This document shows, piece after piece, positions 63,294 to 64,000 of a stretch of 64,000 bases of DNA (the stretch's first letter is position 1; every line of letters starts with the position of its first letter). A program made the position numbers and the translations under genes. The stretch is from Isurus oxyrinchus (Eukaryota). Below the pieces are notes generated by a model. It saw only the letters and a list, made by a program, of their open reading frames with translations, ran no database searches and was not told the origin of the DNA. The stretch covers positions 3,658,001-3,722,000 of the forward strand of contig JANJGN010000036.1 in NCBI GenBank assembly GCA_026770705.1. Reading direction: 5' to 3'.

Positions 63294-63529
63294 GTTAGAT
63301 TTCCTTACTCCTGATGCGCGAAGGTACCCCACCGGAAGCTCACTGAGGAATGTCAGGAGGGCGAGGAGGCGACGCCGCCGTTTCCTGGAATATTCCTCCT
63401 CTGCCGAGGGACTGAATGGTCTAAAGTTCAGAAGTCTAGATAAACCGAGATGTCTCACATCTCAAGGCTGCAACTGTGAAGAGGACAGGACAGCCCTGAC
63501 TGCGCCCCGGACCGAGACTTATCCCTTCA

Positions 63530-63660
63530 CCCAACAGACTGTCTGATTATTACCACGGCGCTATTTTTGGGATCTTGCTGTGCACTAACTGTTCGCCGCA
63601 TTTCCGAGAATGCAAGAGTGACCGCCCTTGAAAAAGTAATTCATGTGAAGCGCCTTTATC
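63530..63660 (+). mobile_element. Deu-domain-type SINE 3' fragment in the leader intron
   Basis: gggatcttgctgtgcac...gtgacc.cccttgaaaaagtaattcat.tgaagcgc; reverse-complement match to the ~3200-3350 element. Confidence 0.55.
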
Positions 63661-63918
63661 TCCTTCCTATACCTTTCTTTTTCTCTCTCTCTCTTTCTCT
63701 CTTTCTTTCTTTGTTTCTTTGTTCCTTCCTCTCTTTCCAGGTCTGATCTCAAATTTAACCCTCAGCGCTTTATCCCGCCTACAGGTCAGGAACTGGCGAT
63801 CCTTCCTGACAGAATGTCCCTGTCACCAGGTGACAGGCGGAATGTCTCTTTGGTATAAAACAGGTTTTATGTTTCCCTGACATAACAGGATGTCTTGTGC
63901 TGTGTTCTGTCCCCTCAG

Positions 63919-64000
63919 TGACCGTCTCTCAGGCCGCGTTCCCGCAATCTCCGGCCGCTCAGACCGTCTCGGTGGGCAGTAGCTTCAAGGTGCATTGCCA
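63919..64000 (+). CDS. Start of an Ig V-type domain exon (runs off the window)
   Basis: Acceptor tgttctgtcccctcag|TG, phase 1, in frame with the leader: VTVSQAAFPQSPAAQTVSVGSSFKVHC; Q-S-P...G-x-S-x4-C is the A/A'/B-strand V-set pattern. Confidence 0.78.

Noticed and set aside
63261-63458. Minus-strand ORF with a signal-like RRRRLLALLTFL segment
   Set aside because: No downstream partner exon found; it overlaps the better-supported plus-strand leader.
63741-63784. Extra 44-bp exon between the leader and V exon (long pyrimidine tract, ttccag|...CAG|GTCAGG)
   Set aside because: Inclusion shifts the frame and puts TGA at the start of the V exon; at most a non-productive alternative exon.

Overview
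Vertebrate genomic DNA, almost certainly from a cartilaginous fish (shark), judged from the Ig gene type and the repeat content. The centre holds one complete, apparently intact and unrearranged immunoglobulin light-chain cluster on the minus strand (32228-34956): octamer/TATA promoter, leader, V with 12-RSS, 23-RSS with J, and C. It resembles the type I / NS5 / sigma-cart isotype. The ORF track misses three things found by reading splice signals. (1) A plus-strand leader exon plus the start of an Ig V-type exon of a second IgSF gene, which runs off the right edge (63251-64000). (2) Four phase-compatible small exons at 2340-5049 encoding a relict cytoplasmic tail with a YASL tyrosine motif. 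(3) A 123-bp orphan exon-like unit present in three copies. There is also a two-exon GPR139/GPR142-like GPCR pseudogene (56681-59271). The rest is repeat-dominated: a 13-kb satellite of ~70-bp monomers with higher-order structure, 69-bp, 30-bp and ~35-bp minisatellites, CR1, L2 and Penelope-like retroelement fragments, SINEs and local segmental duplications. One ~3-kb direct duplication brackets the IgL cluster. There are two N gaps. Family assignments come from motif recognition and memory, not database searches.
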